The notes under the pieces are model-generated. The model had not been told where the DNA came from, did not search any database, and saw only the letters and a program-made list of their open reading frames with translations. Both the position numbers and the translations under genes were made by a program. Below are positions 17,165-28,459 of a DNA stretch of 54,927 nt, one piece after another. The first letter of the stretch is position 1. Every line of letters begins with the position of its first letter. Source of the stretch: a virus (lineage: Duplodnaviria > Caudoviricetes); IMG/VR virus record IMGVR_UViG_3300020042_012365, positions 1-54,927 of that record; one strand, given 5' to 3'.

Positions 17165-19894
17165 ATGTATCAAAGTATTTACTACAACAGACTACCAGGA
17201 GAAGATCAATGGTACTACTATCTACGGGACGATAAAAAAGGAATACACAAATTCCAATATTGGCCTACTCTATATAAGTTGGATGAATATGGGGAACATG
17301 AAACACTATTTGGTGAAAAATGTTCTCCAATATCTGGTAAATACGATAGAAAAGATCCTACAATTTATGAAAAGGACATTGACCGTGAACTTGTACTCTT
17401 AAGAGATCTGTATTACAAAACAGATAAAATGCCTGAATACCACAATACCGTTTATTTAGATATTGAAATTGAAATTCTAGGTGCACTTACCCCATTTACC
17501 ATTAGAGAAGCTAATGCAGAAGTTACAGCAATTGCTTTAATTGATGTTTCTACTAAGGAAAAAACATGTTTTATCTTAGATAAAGCAGGTAAAATAGAAG
17601 ACATAAACCAAGATGGTAAAGTAGTTATTTCATGCCCTGATGAGAATACATTGTTACGTAAATTTTTATTGAAATGGGAACAAATTGATCCTACTATTGT
17701 TGCAGGATACAATAGTGATTTCTTTGATATTCCGTATTTGTACTATAGAATACAAAAACGTTTAGGAGATGAAGTAAACCGTTTATCCCCAATTGGAAAA
17801 ATTACAGAAACATTATCCCAACCAAACTCCCCAATTAAAATTGGTTTAGTTAGCAGTTTAGATTATATGTTGTTGCTTCGCAAATATATTGCCAAGGAAG
17901 AACCATCATATAAATTAGGTGATATTGGTACAAAATATGTCAACTTAGGTAAAATTGAATACAACGGTAATCTAGATACTTTATTTAGGGAAGATCCAAT
18001 TAAATTTATAGACTATAACATTCGAGATGTTGAGATTATAGAAGCATTGGAGGAAAAATTAAAGTTCATTGAATTGACTGTTTTGATTTCCCATTTATGT
18101 CACACACCATACGAATCAATTTACTACAATACTATATTAAACGAAGGCGCGATTTTAACGTATTTAAAACGCAAGGGTATAATTGCACCGAATAAGCCAA
18201 CTACCACAAACCCCACCATTAGAGAGCTTGAACTTGGCGATCACGTTATACATCAACGTGGTACCTCAACAATTGAAGGTACTGTATATAGCTTTGAAAA
18301 AGATAATATTGTTGTGAAAACAATGTCGGGAAAATATATCAATCGCTTCCCAAAATCAATCCGTAAAAAAGACAGTTACGCAGGTGGATATTTACTTGAT
18401 CCTATCCCAGGACTATATTCAGATGTAAGTGACTTGGATTTTACCTCACTATATCCCTCTATCATCAAATCCCTAAATTTGGGTGTTGAAACATTGGTAG
18501 GTAGAATTGTTACAAAAAACAATTATGAACAATACAATTCACTTGAGCAGTTAAGAAAACTTGACCCTGAAGAAAAATTACATATACAAAAACTAGTCAA
18601 ACGATCTTATACGTTAAAAGATGCTGAAATATCAGCAGGTGCTCTAATTAAATTAATTGAAGACAATAGCTGGACCATTTCCGCTAGTGGAGCATTTTAT
18701 AGAACCGATCAAAAGAGCATAGCTTGTGAAGTACTAGAGGATTGGTTCGATCAACGAGAACACTATAGAGCACTTAAGAAAACAGCTGGTAAAGCAGAAG
18801 ATTGGGCAAACTATAAACTATATGACTTGTATCAAATGGCATTTAAAATCTTGCAAAACGCTTTATATGGTACATATGCAATTAATTCTTGGCGCTTTAC
18901 AGATGGATTTAAAGTATGCTCAGCAGCTATTACAAATAGTGGACAACGTTTAACTAAGGAATCTATTACATTTGTAAACGATTACATTTCCGAACAGCTG
19001 AACATAGACAATAAAACATTTGTGATCGCTTCAGATACAGATTCCCTTTACATGGAGCTAACTGATTTGCTAAAACATAGGAACCCTGATTTGAATTACG
19101 AAGATCGTGAAGAGAAAATCAAACGTTTACTTATCTTGACCGAGGAACTACAACAAGTAGCAAACGATAATTTAAACAATATATCGCAGGATTTGTTCAA
19201 TATGACCGAAGCACACCATTTTGTGCTCAAACAAGAGGTAATCGCTGAAAAAGCGTATTGGTCTGGGAAACGCCGTTACGCCATGTACATTGTAAATAAA
19301 GAAGGCATATCAATTGAGGAATTAGAGATGAAAGGAATGGACATCATGAAATCTAATTTTCCTCCTCTATTTAGAAACTTTGGAGAAAATTTAATCAAAA
19401 ATATTCTATTTGGTAAACCAAAAATTGAAATAGATAAAGACGTAATGGAATTCAAGAAAATGGTTGGTGAAATTGAGTGGATTAACTTACTGAAACCAAC
19501 AGGATTGAAGAAAATGGGCGAATATATTGAACGTAAACCTATGGCTGGTGATTTATTTTCCAAATTGAAATTGAAATGTCCAATCAACACAAAAGCAGCC
19601 ATAGCTACAAACGATATCCTACGCTATAAAAAACTAACCGTAAAATACCCAGAGTTTACCATTGGAGATAAAATGTATTTAGCTTATTTGAAACCAAACC
19701 CATACCAGTTAACAGTAGTGGGATTGAACGGATACAATGATGCCCCTGAAATTGTAGAACTTGTAGATAAATTTATTGATAGAGATGGTTTATTTGATGG
19801 GATTATGAGAAACAAGTTAGAGGGAGTGTATAGTGATATTGGATGGGACTTTAATTTGAATTCATATAAAACGCAATTTTTTACATTCAACTAG
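17165..19894 (+). CDS. Family B DNA polymerase with 3-5 exonuclease
   Basis: DIE, YN..FFD, YN..D exonuclease motifs; DFTSLYPS, K...NALYG, SDTDS. Confidence 0.95.
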   Translation: MYQSIYYNRLPGEDQWYYYLRDDKKGIHKFQYWPTLYKLDEYGEHETLFGEKCSPISGKYDRKDPTIYEKDIDRELVLLRDLYYKTDKMPEYHNTVYLDIEIEILGALTPFTIREANAEVTAIALIDVSTKEKTCFILDKAGKIEDINQDGKVVISCPDENTLLRKFLLKWEQIDPTIVAGYNSDFFDIPYLYYRIQKRLGDEVNRLSPIGKITETLSQPNSPIKIGLVSSLDYMLLLRKYIAKEEPSYKLGDIGTKYVNLGKIEYNGNLDTLFREDPIKFIDYNIRDVEIIEALEEKLKFIELTVLISHLCHTPYESIYYNTILNEGAILTYLKRKGIIAPNKPTTTNPTIRELELGDHVIHQRGTSTIEGTVYSFEKDNIVVKTMSGKYINRFPKSIRKKDSYAGGYLLDPIPGLYSDVSDLDFTSLYPSIIKSLNLGVETLVGRIVTKNNYEQYNSLEQLRKLDPEEKLHIQKLVKRSYTLKDAEISAGALIKLIEDNSWTISASGAFYRTDQKSIACEVLEDWFDQREHYRALKKTAGKAEDWANYKLYDLYQMAFKILQNALYGTYAINSWRFTDGFKVCSAAITNSGQRLTKESITFVNDYISEQLNIDNKTFVIASDTDSLYMELTDLLKHRNPDLNYEDREEKIKRLLILTEELQQVANDNLNNISQDLFNMTEAHHFVLKQEVIAEKAYWSGKRRYAMYIVNKEGISIEELEMKGMDIMKSNFPPLFRNFGENLIKNILFGKPKIEIDKDVMEFKKMVGEIEWINLLKPTGLKKMGEYIERKPMAGDLFSKLKLKCPINTKAAIATNDILRYKKLTVKYPEFTIGDKMYLAYLKPNPYQLTVVGLNGYNDAPEIVELVDKFIDRDGLFDGIMRNKLEGVYSDIGWDFNLNSYKTQFFTFN

Positions 19895-19926
19895 GATATT
19901 TAAATAATATTTCATACATTTAACAC

Positions 19927-20661
19927 ATGGTAAATAAGTTAATTCTACAATCGGTTATAAACAAATACTACTTGGGCGAAAACGAATCCGTCAAGTGGAA
20001 AATCAAAGACAAAACCTTAACCATTGACTTTATGTCAATTTCCAAAGAGGTAATAGGTAAAATCACTCACAACAATATAGACATTGAAGACAGTGAGCTA
20101 GCCATCTTTGACACTAAAAAACTATTAAACTTGATAGGAATCACTTCCGGTGACTTGCTATTTAATTTAGAAAAAAATAGAAACCTATGCACTAAAATGC
20201 ATTTTGCAGATGCTGATTTTAACTTGACATATGCTTTAGCTGATCCTTTACTTATTGGTAGAGTAGGTGCTGTAGCAGAACCTGAATGGGATGCTGTATT
20301 GCCATTTGAGAAAGAATATGTTGACAATTTAGTTAAAGCAAAATCTGCTTTAGCAGGTATTGGTTTGTTAACTGTTTCCGTTGACAAAGACTTAAACGGA
20401 GATGATATGTGTGTGTTCACTTTTGGAGATGAACAAGGCCATAACAACAAGATCACTTACCAAATGTATGGTAAAATCAAACCCGAGAAAGCTGAAATAC
20501 CATTCAATTCAGATATATTCAAAAACATACTTCAAGCAAATAAAGATTTAGAAAACGGTACTTTATATTTGAGCTACCAGGGCCTAATGAAACTTGAATT
20601 CAAATCAATAGATACTACTAGCGAATATTATATGGTTCGTAAAGAAGAAAGTGCCTTCTAG
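19927..20661 (+). CDS. Sliding clamp (T4 gp45/PCNA-like)
   Basis: 244 aa beta-rich two-domain pattern directly after PolB; clamp loader nearby. Confidence 0.6.
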   Translation: MVNKLILQSVINKYYLGENESVKWKIKDKTLTIDFMSISKEVIGKITHNNIDIEDSELAIFDTKKLLNLIGITSGDLLFNLEKNRNLCTKMHFADADFNLTYALADPLLIGRVGAVAEPEWDAVLPFEKEYVDNLVKAKSALAGIGLLTVSVDKDLNGDDMCVFTFGDEQGHNNKITYQMYGKIKPEKAEIPFNSDIFKNILQANKDLENGTLYLSYQGLMKLEFKSIDTTSEYYMVRKEESAF

Positions 20662-20675
20662 TATGTATAATAGAA

Positions 20676-20705
20676 TTAGGAAATTCAAATAAGTTTTCGT
20701 ATATT
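20676..20705 (+). promoter_or_regulatory. Promoter TTAGG...TTCGTATATT
   Basis: Exact motif at 20696. Confidence 0.7.
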
Positions 20706-20729
20706 ACAGTTATAAATTTAAAATTAGTT

Positions 20730-21082
20730 ATGGAAGAAGTAAAACGACGCGGTCGTCCCGCTAGAGACGAGAATGACACAAAATCCAATTTATGTACAAT
20801 TAAGGACCCAAACATGGATCCCTTTTATATTGTCAAAGACGCAACTAACTTTACAGTAATGGAGCGTTCTACTTCTATGAGAGGATTTGCTGGTAAAAAA
20901 GCAACTGGTAAAGAAGTAGAAAAAATAGTAGGACACTACAGTAATTTTTCAAATGCGTTAAATCGTGTAGCCAAAGAAAAATTTTATCAAAACGAAAATT
21001 CGTACAATACAATCCAAGACTATATTAGTACTTGGAACACAGTCAAAGAAGGAATAGAAACAATGTTAAGCAAAGTAGAATT

Positions 21083-21086
<4 letters not shown>
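20730..21086 (+). CDS. Hypothetical protein with N-terminal AT-hook-like motif
   Basis: KRRGRPAR. Confidence 0.6.
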
Positions 21087-23023
<1,937 letters not shown>

Positions 23024-23024
<1 letters not shown>

Positions 23025-23287
23025 TGAAAATAGAAACCGTAGAATATCACGACTTAATAGCTACTAGAGTACCCCCTGGAGATCAGTGGGTACTAGTAGA
23101 AGATAAAAATAAAGTAATTCACAAGTCCATTACAGATGCTTTAGAAGCATGGTTTGATAAAAACCAAGAGAAAGTAGAATTTCGTTTAGCTCCTTTAGAA
23201 GGCAAATTATATGTCATACGAAGTGAAGAAAAAGAAATAAAACCAGAACCAATTAAACGCTTTAACATTTACGGAGACCCAAATTAA
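23024..23287 (+). CDS. Hypothetical protein
   Basis: TAATG overlap with groEL. Confidence 0.65.
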
Positions 23288-23302
23288 CGGGTCTTTTTTT
23301 TT
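23275..23302 (+). terminator. Intrinsic terminator
   Basis: AGACCC-AAATTAAC-GGGTCT followed by a long T run. Confidence 0.75.
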
Positions 23303-23316
23303 ACATATTTATAACT

Positions 23317-24291
23317 ATGAAACTAACAGATATCCTACGCGAAATTGAAGGTGAAGAAGATGGAATGAACCAATTGAAGGTAAATTACGATCTTGCTGTT
23401 CAACCAACTGATTTAAACGCAGCACTTGATGCTTTAAACGACCCTAAAACTTACGGTATTTACTCACAGAATATGCGTGATCAAAAAGTTATTAATAGAG
23501 GATTTGGACCCTCAATAGATGCACAAAAAAAGAAAGTTGCCACAGGGGATTGGGATTCTCGTTCAGAAGATGAAAAAACATTTAAGTTAAATGATATTAA
23601 AAACAGAGTACCTGAAGCATGGGGTATTGGTGAAAAAGAAGCAGAAGTAGGCTATAAAGAATGGCAAGTAGAAGGAAACGATGGTACTTTAGAAGACTAC
23701 CTAGTTACTCTTTCATTTGAAAAACTTCCAAAAAGTTTATTAGGACCATATTCTAGGAATTATTTTCCTAAGAAAACTGCTGAAAATCAAAGAAAGTATG
23801 GTGGTAAAATGGAACAAGATATTCATTATATAGTAAAAGATGGTAAAATAATATTTCCATCTACACTAGAAAATCCATACAAAACAAAACCATACTTGTC
23901 TAAAGTATTAAAAACAATTATGGACAATGCAGGAGTAGAACATCAATTAGTAGATGTTGAACAAGATGGAGGTGAAGCTTCAATGACTAAAGAAAAAACA
24001 CCACCACTAACTAACACAACTTCAATTTTAACTATTACATTAGACCCAGATAAAATTAAAGGTAAAAAACCTGAATTAAATAATATAATTAAGTTGTTAA
24101 AAAACACATATGATAAAGATTTTAATTATGATGAAGAAAATAGTGTAATTAAAATTACAAATATTAAACCTGAACGAAGAACTGATGTTAGAAGCCAATT
24201 TACTAAATTTTTAAAACAACAATCTCCAATAAAAGAAGATTTTGATTTTGAAAGATATCAAATGTTAAGAAGAGCAGGTATTATAAAATAA
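23317..24291 (+). CDS. Hypothetical protein, putative virion/internal head protein
   Basis: N-term MKLTDILRE, C-term RYQMLRRAGIIK; ATATTTATAA upstream. Confidence 0.6.
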   Translation: MKLTDILREIEGEEDGMNQLKVNYDLAVQPTDLNAALDALNDPKTYGIYSQNMRDQKVINRGFGPSIDAQKKKVATGDWDSRSEDEKTFKLNDIKNRVPEAWGIGEKEAEVGYKEWQVEGNDGTLEDYLVTLSFEKLPKSLLGPYSRNYFPKKTAENQRKYGGKMEQDIHYIVKDGKIIFPSTLENPYKTKPYLSKVLKTIMDNAGVEHQLVDVEQDGGEASMTKEKTPPLTNTTSILTITLDPDKIKGKKPELNNIIKLLKNTYDKDFNYDEENSVIKITNIKPERRTDVRSQFTKFLKQQSPIKEDFDFERYQMLRRAGIIK

Positions 24292-24328
24292 AATAAAATA
24301 AAATAAAATAAAATAAAATAAAATAAAA
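24284..24328 (+). repeat. (TAAAA)9 microsatellite spanning stop codon, spacer and start codon
   Basis: Directly visible. Confidence 0.9.
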
Positions 24329-24660
24329 TGACACAAGAACAATTACGTATGCAAATGTTAGCAGGTATTATTACCGAAGGACAATACAAAGCTAAATTAA
24401 ATGAAAATGAAGAATATGTTCCTTATCAATTTGATGATGAAAAAGGAAAAGAATTATATTTAAAATATGATAAATCTTATGAAAATCCTGCATGGACTAG
24501 AGGAGATTTCGAATATAGTAAAGAAATCGATTTACAAACCCTATTAGACATTACAGGAATGTCTTTAGAAGAACTTAAAAAACTTAACACTTATCGAGAT
24601 GAAGGTTGGACTTTAGATATAGATGAAAAGAATGAAATAGTAACAGAGTTTGTAGACTAA
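24328..24660 (+). CDS. Acidic hypothetical protein with N-terminal RMQMLAGII tag
   Basis: First about 22 aa nearly identical to the 26748 ORF. Confidence 0.65.
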   Translation: MTQEQLRMQMLAGIITEGQYKAKLNENEEYVPYQFDDEKGKELYLKYDKSYENPAWTRGDFEYSKEIDLQTLLDITGMSLEELKKLNTYRDEGWTLDIDEKNEIVTEFVD

Positions 24661-24680
24661 AAAATAAAAATATTTAAAGA

Positions 24681-24714
24681 AAAGCTTGCCTAGTGCAAGC
24701 TTTTTTTGTATAAT
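24681..24714 (+). terminator. Hairpin plus T-tract overlapping promoter-like TTGCCT-N17-TATAAT
   Basis: AAAGCTTGC-CTAGT-GCAAGCTTTTTTT. Confidence 0.75.
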
Positions 24715-24720
24715 ACGGTT

Positions 24721-25629
24721 ATGAAAGAAAATACGTTATATGTAGAACGTTTTCGCCCTACTGAACTGAAATACTATGTTGGTAACGAAAATGTTAAAGA
24801 AACAATCCAAAAGTATCTAGACCAAGGTGACATTCAAAATTTCATCTTTTATGGTCCTGCAGGTACAGGAAAAACTACCCTAGCAAAAATTATCGTTAAA
24901 AATCTAGATTGCGATTATCTTTATATAAACGCATCTGATGAAAACGGAATCGATACTATTCGAGAGAAAGTAAAGGGATTTGCTAGTTCTGCATCTTGGA
25001 AAGGTATTAAAGTAGTAATCCTAGATGAAGCAGATTTTATCACAATCCAGGGACAAGCCGCTTTACGAAACGTAATCGAAACCTTTTCTCGTTCAACACG
25101 ATTTATCTTAACCTGTAACTTTATTGAACGAATTATTGATCCACTTCAATCACGTTGCCAGGTGCTTAAAATTGTACCTCCATCTAAAACAGATGTGTAC
25201 AACCATTTAACTTGGATACTAGCTGACCAGTTATCTATTTCATATGAACCGGAAGATTTAAAAACCCTTATAGTACAATATTATCCGGACATGAGGAAAA
25301 TGTTGAATGTGATTCAAATGTCTGTAAAAGATGATCATATCCAACTTGATAAAACTGTATTAACCTCAAACAACTATATCAAAGAAGTATTGAAGGAACT
25401 AACAGGTAAAAAAAATTGGCTTACCATTAGACAAATCATTGCCGATTCAAATACAAAGGACTTTGAAGAATTGTATCGCAATTTATTTGAATACAGTTCA
25501 AAATATGCTCCTGGAAATGAAGGATCAGTTGCAATTATATTAAACGAACATTTGTACCAAGCAAATTTCCGAATAGATAAAGAAATAAATGTAATGTCAG
25601 CTTTAGCTAAAATAATAGAGGTAATATGA
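24721..25629 (+). CDS. Clamp loader AAA+ subunit (RFC/T4 gp44-like)
   Basis: VERFRP, GPAGTGKT, NASDENGID, DEAD, SRC motifs. Confidence 0.92.
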   Translation: MKENTLYVERFRPTELKYYVGNENVKETIQKYLDQGDIQNFIFYGPAGTGKTTLAKIIVKNLDCDYLYINASDENGIDTIREKVKGFASSASWKGIKVVILDEADFITIQGQAALRNVIETFSRSTRFILTCNFIERIIDPLQSRCQVLKIVPPSKTDVYNHLTWILADQLSISYEPEDLKTLIVQYYPDMRKMLNVIQMSVKDDHIQLDKTVLTSNNYIKEVLKELTGKKNWLTIRQIIADSNTKDFEELYRNLFEYSSKYAPGNEGSVAIILNEHLYQANFRIDKEINVMSALAKIIEVI

Positions 25630-25838
25630 AACACTTTTTGAAATACACACTTTCATGGGTGTCTCAAAATTTAGCAACCCCATTTTGGATGGTAGGTCAT
25701 GTCCATTTAATGACAACAGTTTATGCTGATATTACAGAAATATTAATGTCATTTGGAATGAATTTAATTGTTGCAGCAGGATTCATCATTGATTTTATAA
25801 CATATAGAAAAGAAAAAGTAACCAATAAACCAAAATAA
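25626..25838 (+). CDS. Small membrane protein
   Basis: Hydrophobic segments; overlaps the upstream gene. Confidence 0.5.
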   Translation: MKHFLKYTLSWVSQNLATPFWMVGHVHLMTTVYADITEILMSFGMNLIVAAGFIIDFITYRKEKVTNKPK

Positions 25839-25840
25839 AA

Positions 25841-26086
25841 ATGCAAGAACAACCAAAAATGAACATCGACTTTAAAAACACAACATCGGTAGATGGTTTT
25901 GATGGAGGTAAATTATTCGGACAAGCAGTAGTAATCCGTAAAATTTCTAAATTTATTGCTGGAACAGATGAGGATCAACTTATCCCAATTCCAGTATTTT
26001 ATGATTTAGAAAGCAAGAAAATCTTACCTGATTCTCTCCCTCCAGATCTTCGTGAAGAATACAAAGCGATTACTTTAGATGTCTAA
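25841..26086 (+). CDS. Hypothetical phage protein (degenerate Zn-ribbon-like)
   Basis: F.Q...RKIS....G...IP.PVF pattern. Confidence 0.6.
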   Translation: MQEQPKMNIDFKNTTSVDGFDGGKLFGQAVVIRKISKFIAGTDEDQLIPIPVFYDLESKKILPDSLPPDLREEYKAITLDV

Positions 26087-26510
26087 AAAACAAATCAAGG
26101 ATTTATGGGGGTGGTTAAATGAAATCACCCTCTATAAAACCCCTGTTGAAAACATTTCGGAGGAATCATGGGATAAATGGAACTCTTACGTAGTTAATCG
26201 ATACGTATCGATGGATATACGCTATATTGAATTAGCAAATTATGTTCAAACAATACCCTACGATAACAAACACCAAATATACCAAATTTACCGAGAAATG
26301 ATCCCTAAATCTAAAGTGTTCTTGAAATATCTTAAGTCAAGAACAAAGAAAAAACCTGCTACATTGGTAGAATATGTAGCAAAACATTTTGAATGTGGTT
26401 TAGGTGAAGCCGAAGAATACATTGACATATTACGTGACCATGGTACACGAAGTATCCTTTATAATATGGGTATAGATGAAAAAGAAGTAGAAAAGCTATT
26501 AAAAAAATGA
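26079..26510 (+). CDS. Possible clamp loader small subunit (gp62-like)
   Basis: LN.I...K, Y.VNR..S, AN..Q and Y..IPK pattern; context near the gp44-like gene. Confidence 0.5.
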   Translation: MSKKQIKDLWGWLNEITLYKTPVENISEESWDKWNSYVVNRYVSMDIRYIELANYVQTIPYDNKHQIYQIYREMIPKSKVFLKYLKSRTKKKPATLVEYVAKHFECGLGEAEEYIDILRDHGTRSILYNMGIDEKEVEKLLKK

Positions 26511-26725
26511 ATAGAACAATAAAAAAAACGGATTCCATAGTAGATTCTATTATAGACAAATTTGTTGATAGAGCTACATTTGGAAAACAAAAATATGGAA
26601 CCGATTTAGACCGCAACGACCTAGAATTAGAAGAATGGCTAGAACATAGCATCCAGGAAAAAATGGATGATATACTATATATTCAAAAATCTTTAATTGT
26701 ATTGCGCGAAGCAAAAAATTCATAA
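26507..26725 (+). CDS. Small all-alpha protein (NTP-PPase-like)
   Basis: G.KYG..L.R..L..W..H..E..D..LY. Confidence 0.45.
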   Translation: MNRTIKKTDSIVDSIIDKFVDRATFGKQKYGTDLDRNDLELEEWLEHSIQEKMDDILYIQKSLIVLREAKNS

Positions 26726-26747
26726 TATTTATAATAAAATATACAAC

Positions 26748-27386
26748 ATGACAAACGAAACTTTACGTATGCAAATGCTTTCAGGTATTATCACAGAAGG
26801 CCAATACAAAGCTATAATCAATAAAGAAATCGAAGATGCTGAAAAAGCATCTTTAAACGAATCTATGATCGGAGGAATTGTAGGAATTGGAGCAATTAAC
26901 CAAATCCCACCTCGTGAAAAAACAGATTATGAATTAGCGTTTGAACATTTTTTAGGTGAGCGTTACGAAAACAGAGAACAAGATCCTTATACAATGAATG
27001 AGGAAGAAGAAGAAGAAGAAGATTATGGTACCAATATAGTTACAGGTAAAAAATTACCTAAACCAGATCCAATTGTTGAAGAAGAAGAAGAAGAAGATTA
27101 TGGTACCAATATAGTTACAGGTAAAAAATTACCTAAACCAGATCCAATTGTTGAAGAAGGATTAAATGAAAATGTAGGATCTACTATAGACAAAATGCTT
27201 CAAACATTTGAATTTTCTGAAAAAGGAAATGATGAAATGATTGAATTTGGTAACTATCTTCTTTCACCTGAAGGGCCAAAAAATATTGCTAGGTCTATTA
27301 AGGGCAAACTTAAAGGAGAAGGTGGAGAAAATTACTTTACTAGTAAACCAGAAGAATTAGACGCTTTTTTAAGCAAATTAAAATAA
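26748..27386 (+). CDS. Acidic hypothetical protein with N-terminal RMQMLSGII tag (start revised to 26748)
   Basis: AATATTTATAATAAAA upstream; N-terminus matches the 24328 ORF. Confidence 0.65.
   Translation: MTNETLRMQMLSGIITEGQYKAIINKEIEDAEKASLNESMIGGIVGIGAINQIPPREKTDYELAFEHFLGERYENREQDPYTMNEEEEEEEDYGTNIVTGKKLPKPDPIVEEEEEEDYGTNIVTGKKLPKPDPIVEEGLNENVGSTIDKMLQTFEFSEKGNDEMIEFGNYLLSPEGPKNIARSIKGKLKGEGGENYFTSKPEELDAFLSKLK
27003..27152 (+). repeat. Exact 75-bp in-frame tandem duplication
   Basis: EEEEEEDYGTNIVTGKKLPKPDPIV x2; GAT codons at 27021 and 27096. Confidence 0.95.
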
Positions 27387-27387
27387 T

Positions 27388-27621
27388 ATGAACCCAAGAG
27401 ACATAATTACAGTAGACGTTCCTCTATTTATTCGTTTACTCGAATATGCTAGAGAAGATGCTCAATCAGACATGGATTTACATGATGTAGCCCAAAATAT
27501 TATCTCATTATCTGTTTCAGGTAAAACATTATCAATGGATGATTATAGTACAATAATTGGATCTCAAGAAAATATTGACGAAATTCGAATGCTTCAAGTA
27601 AGAGCAGGAATTATTAAATAA
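27388..27621 (+). CDS. Hypothetical protein with C-terminal RAGIIK tag
   Basis: DVPLFIRLLEYARED core; ends IRMLQVRAGIIK. Confidence 0.65.
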   Translation: MNPRDIITVDVPLFIRLLEYAREDAQSDMDLHDVAQNIISLSVSGKTLSMDDYSTIIGSQENIDEIRMLQVRAGIIK

Positions 27622-27642
27622 AAATTAAACTAAATAAAAATT

Positions 27643-28335
27643 ATGAAAAAATTGTTATTATTATTTGTTACCGCAACTATGTTATTTAGTTGTAATACAA
27701 GTACAAAAACTGAAACAACAGAAGCTATTAAATTTGATACAATTGTAAAAATCCATGATGGAGCTTTTGCTTTTTGTGGAGCATCAGCCGCTCTTCCTAC
27801 AGGAAAAAAGATTGTAGTGCAAGGAGTTGTATATGATGAAGGATGTGCAATATGTCCTGTATTATCAGGCCCATCACTTTCTAGCTTAGCGATGAGAGGT
27901 GTTAGTGGAACATACGGGAAATTTAATGTAAATGATAACTTCCAAACTCCAGATGGAACAACGAATACTGTATGGTCTTTATTTTGGTACTACGATACTA
28001 CAACTACTATTCCACAATTTAATCCTTCAACTAAAGAATGGGAACTAATGACACCTTTTAATAGATCATTTGTAATTAATTTAGATTCTCCAAGTACAAG
28101 CGAAAGTAATATGTTTGCGATGCCAGGAATTATTTTTGATACAACATCTACAGGTATTGTATTAGCAAAAGTTTATGGTCCACTTAATGAGGCCGCAGTT
28201 CCATTACGTAAAGCAATACCTGTTGTAAATGGTATGACTTCGGTAACAGCAGCTAAAGTAGGTTTCCCTTTTCCTGTTGGAACACCAATTCCAGTTGCTG
28301 AATATAGTAAGGAACTCCAAAAAAATAAACACTAA
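27643..28335 (+). CDS. Lipoprotein
   Basis: MKKLLLLFVTATMLFS-C lipobox. Confidence 0.75.
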   Translation: MKKLLLLFVTATMLFSCNTSTKTETTEAIKFDTIVKIHDGAFAFCGASAALPTGKKIVVQGVVYDEGCAICPVLSGPSLSSLAMRGVSGTYGKFNVNDNFQTPDGTTNTVWSLFWYYDTTTTIPQFNPSTKEWELMTPFNRSFVINLDSPSTSESNMFAMPGIIFDTTSTGIVLAKVYGPLNEAAVPLRKAIPVVNGMTSVTAAKVGFPFPVGTPIPVAEYSKELQKNKH

Positions 28336-28343
28336 TTAAAGAA

Positions 28344-28407
28344 ACGGCTTAGGACCGTATAGCTACGGCTATAAAAATTATCCTAGTATCGCTACAGGGA
28401 TATTTTT
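28344..28407 (+). ncRNA. Candidate structured RNA (three adjacent hairpins)
   Basis: ACGG/CCGT; ATAGC-TACG-GCTAT (cUACGg tetraloop); TATCCT..GTA-TCGC-TAC..GGGATA. Confidence 0.45.
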
Positions 28408-28419
28408 GAAAACTAAAAG

Positions 28420-28455
28420 AAAGCTTGCCTATGGCAGGCTTTTTTTGTATGTTTG
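28420..28455 (+). terminator. Hairpin plus T-tract overlapping promoter-like TTGCCT-N17-TATGTTTG
   Basis: AAAGCTTGCC-TAT-GGCAGGCTTTTTTT. Confidence 0.7.
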
Positions 28456-28459
28456 GGTA

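Noticed and set aside
17165-19894. Intein or intron in PolB
   Set aside because: Continuous ORF of normal size with no C...HN intein termini or LAGLIDADG motifs
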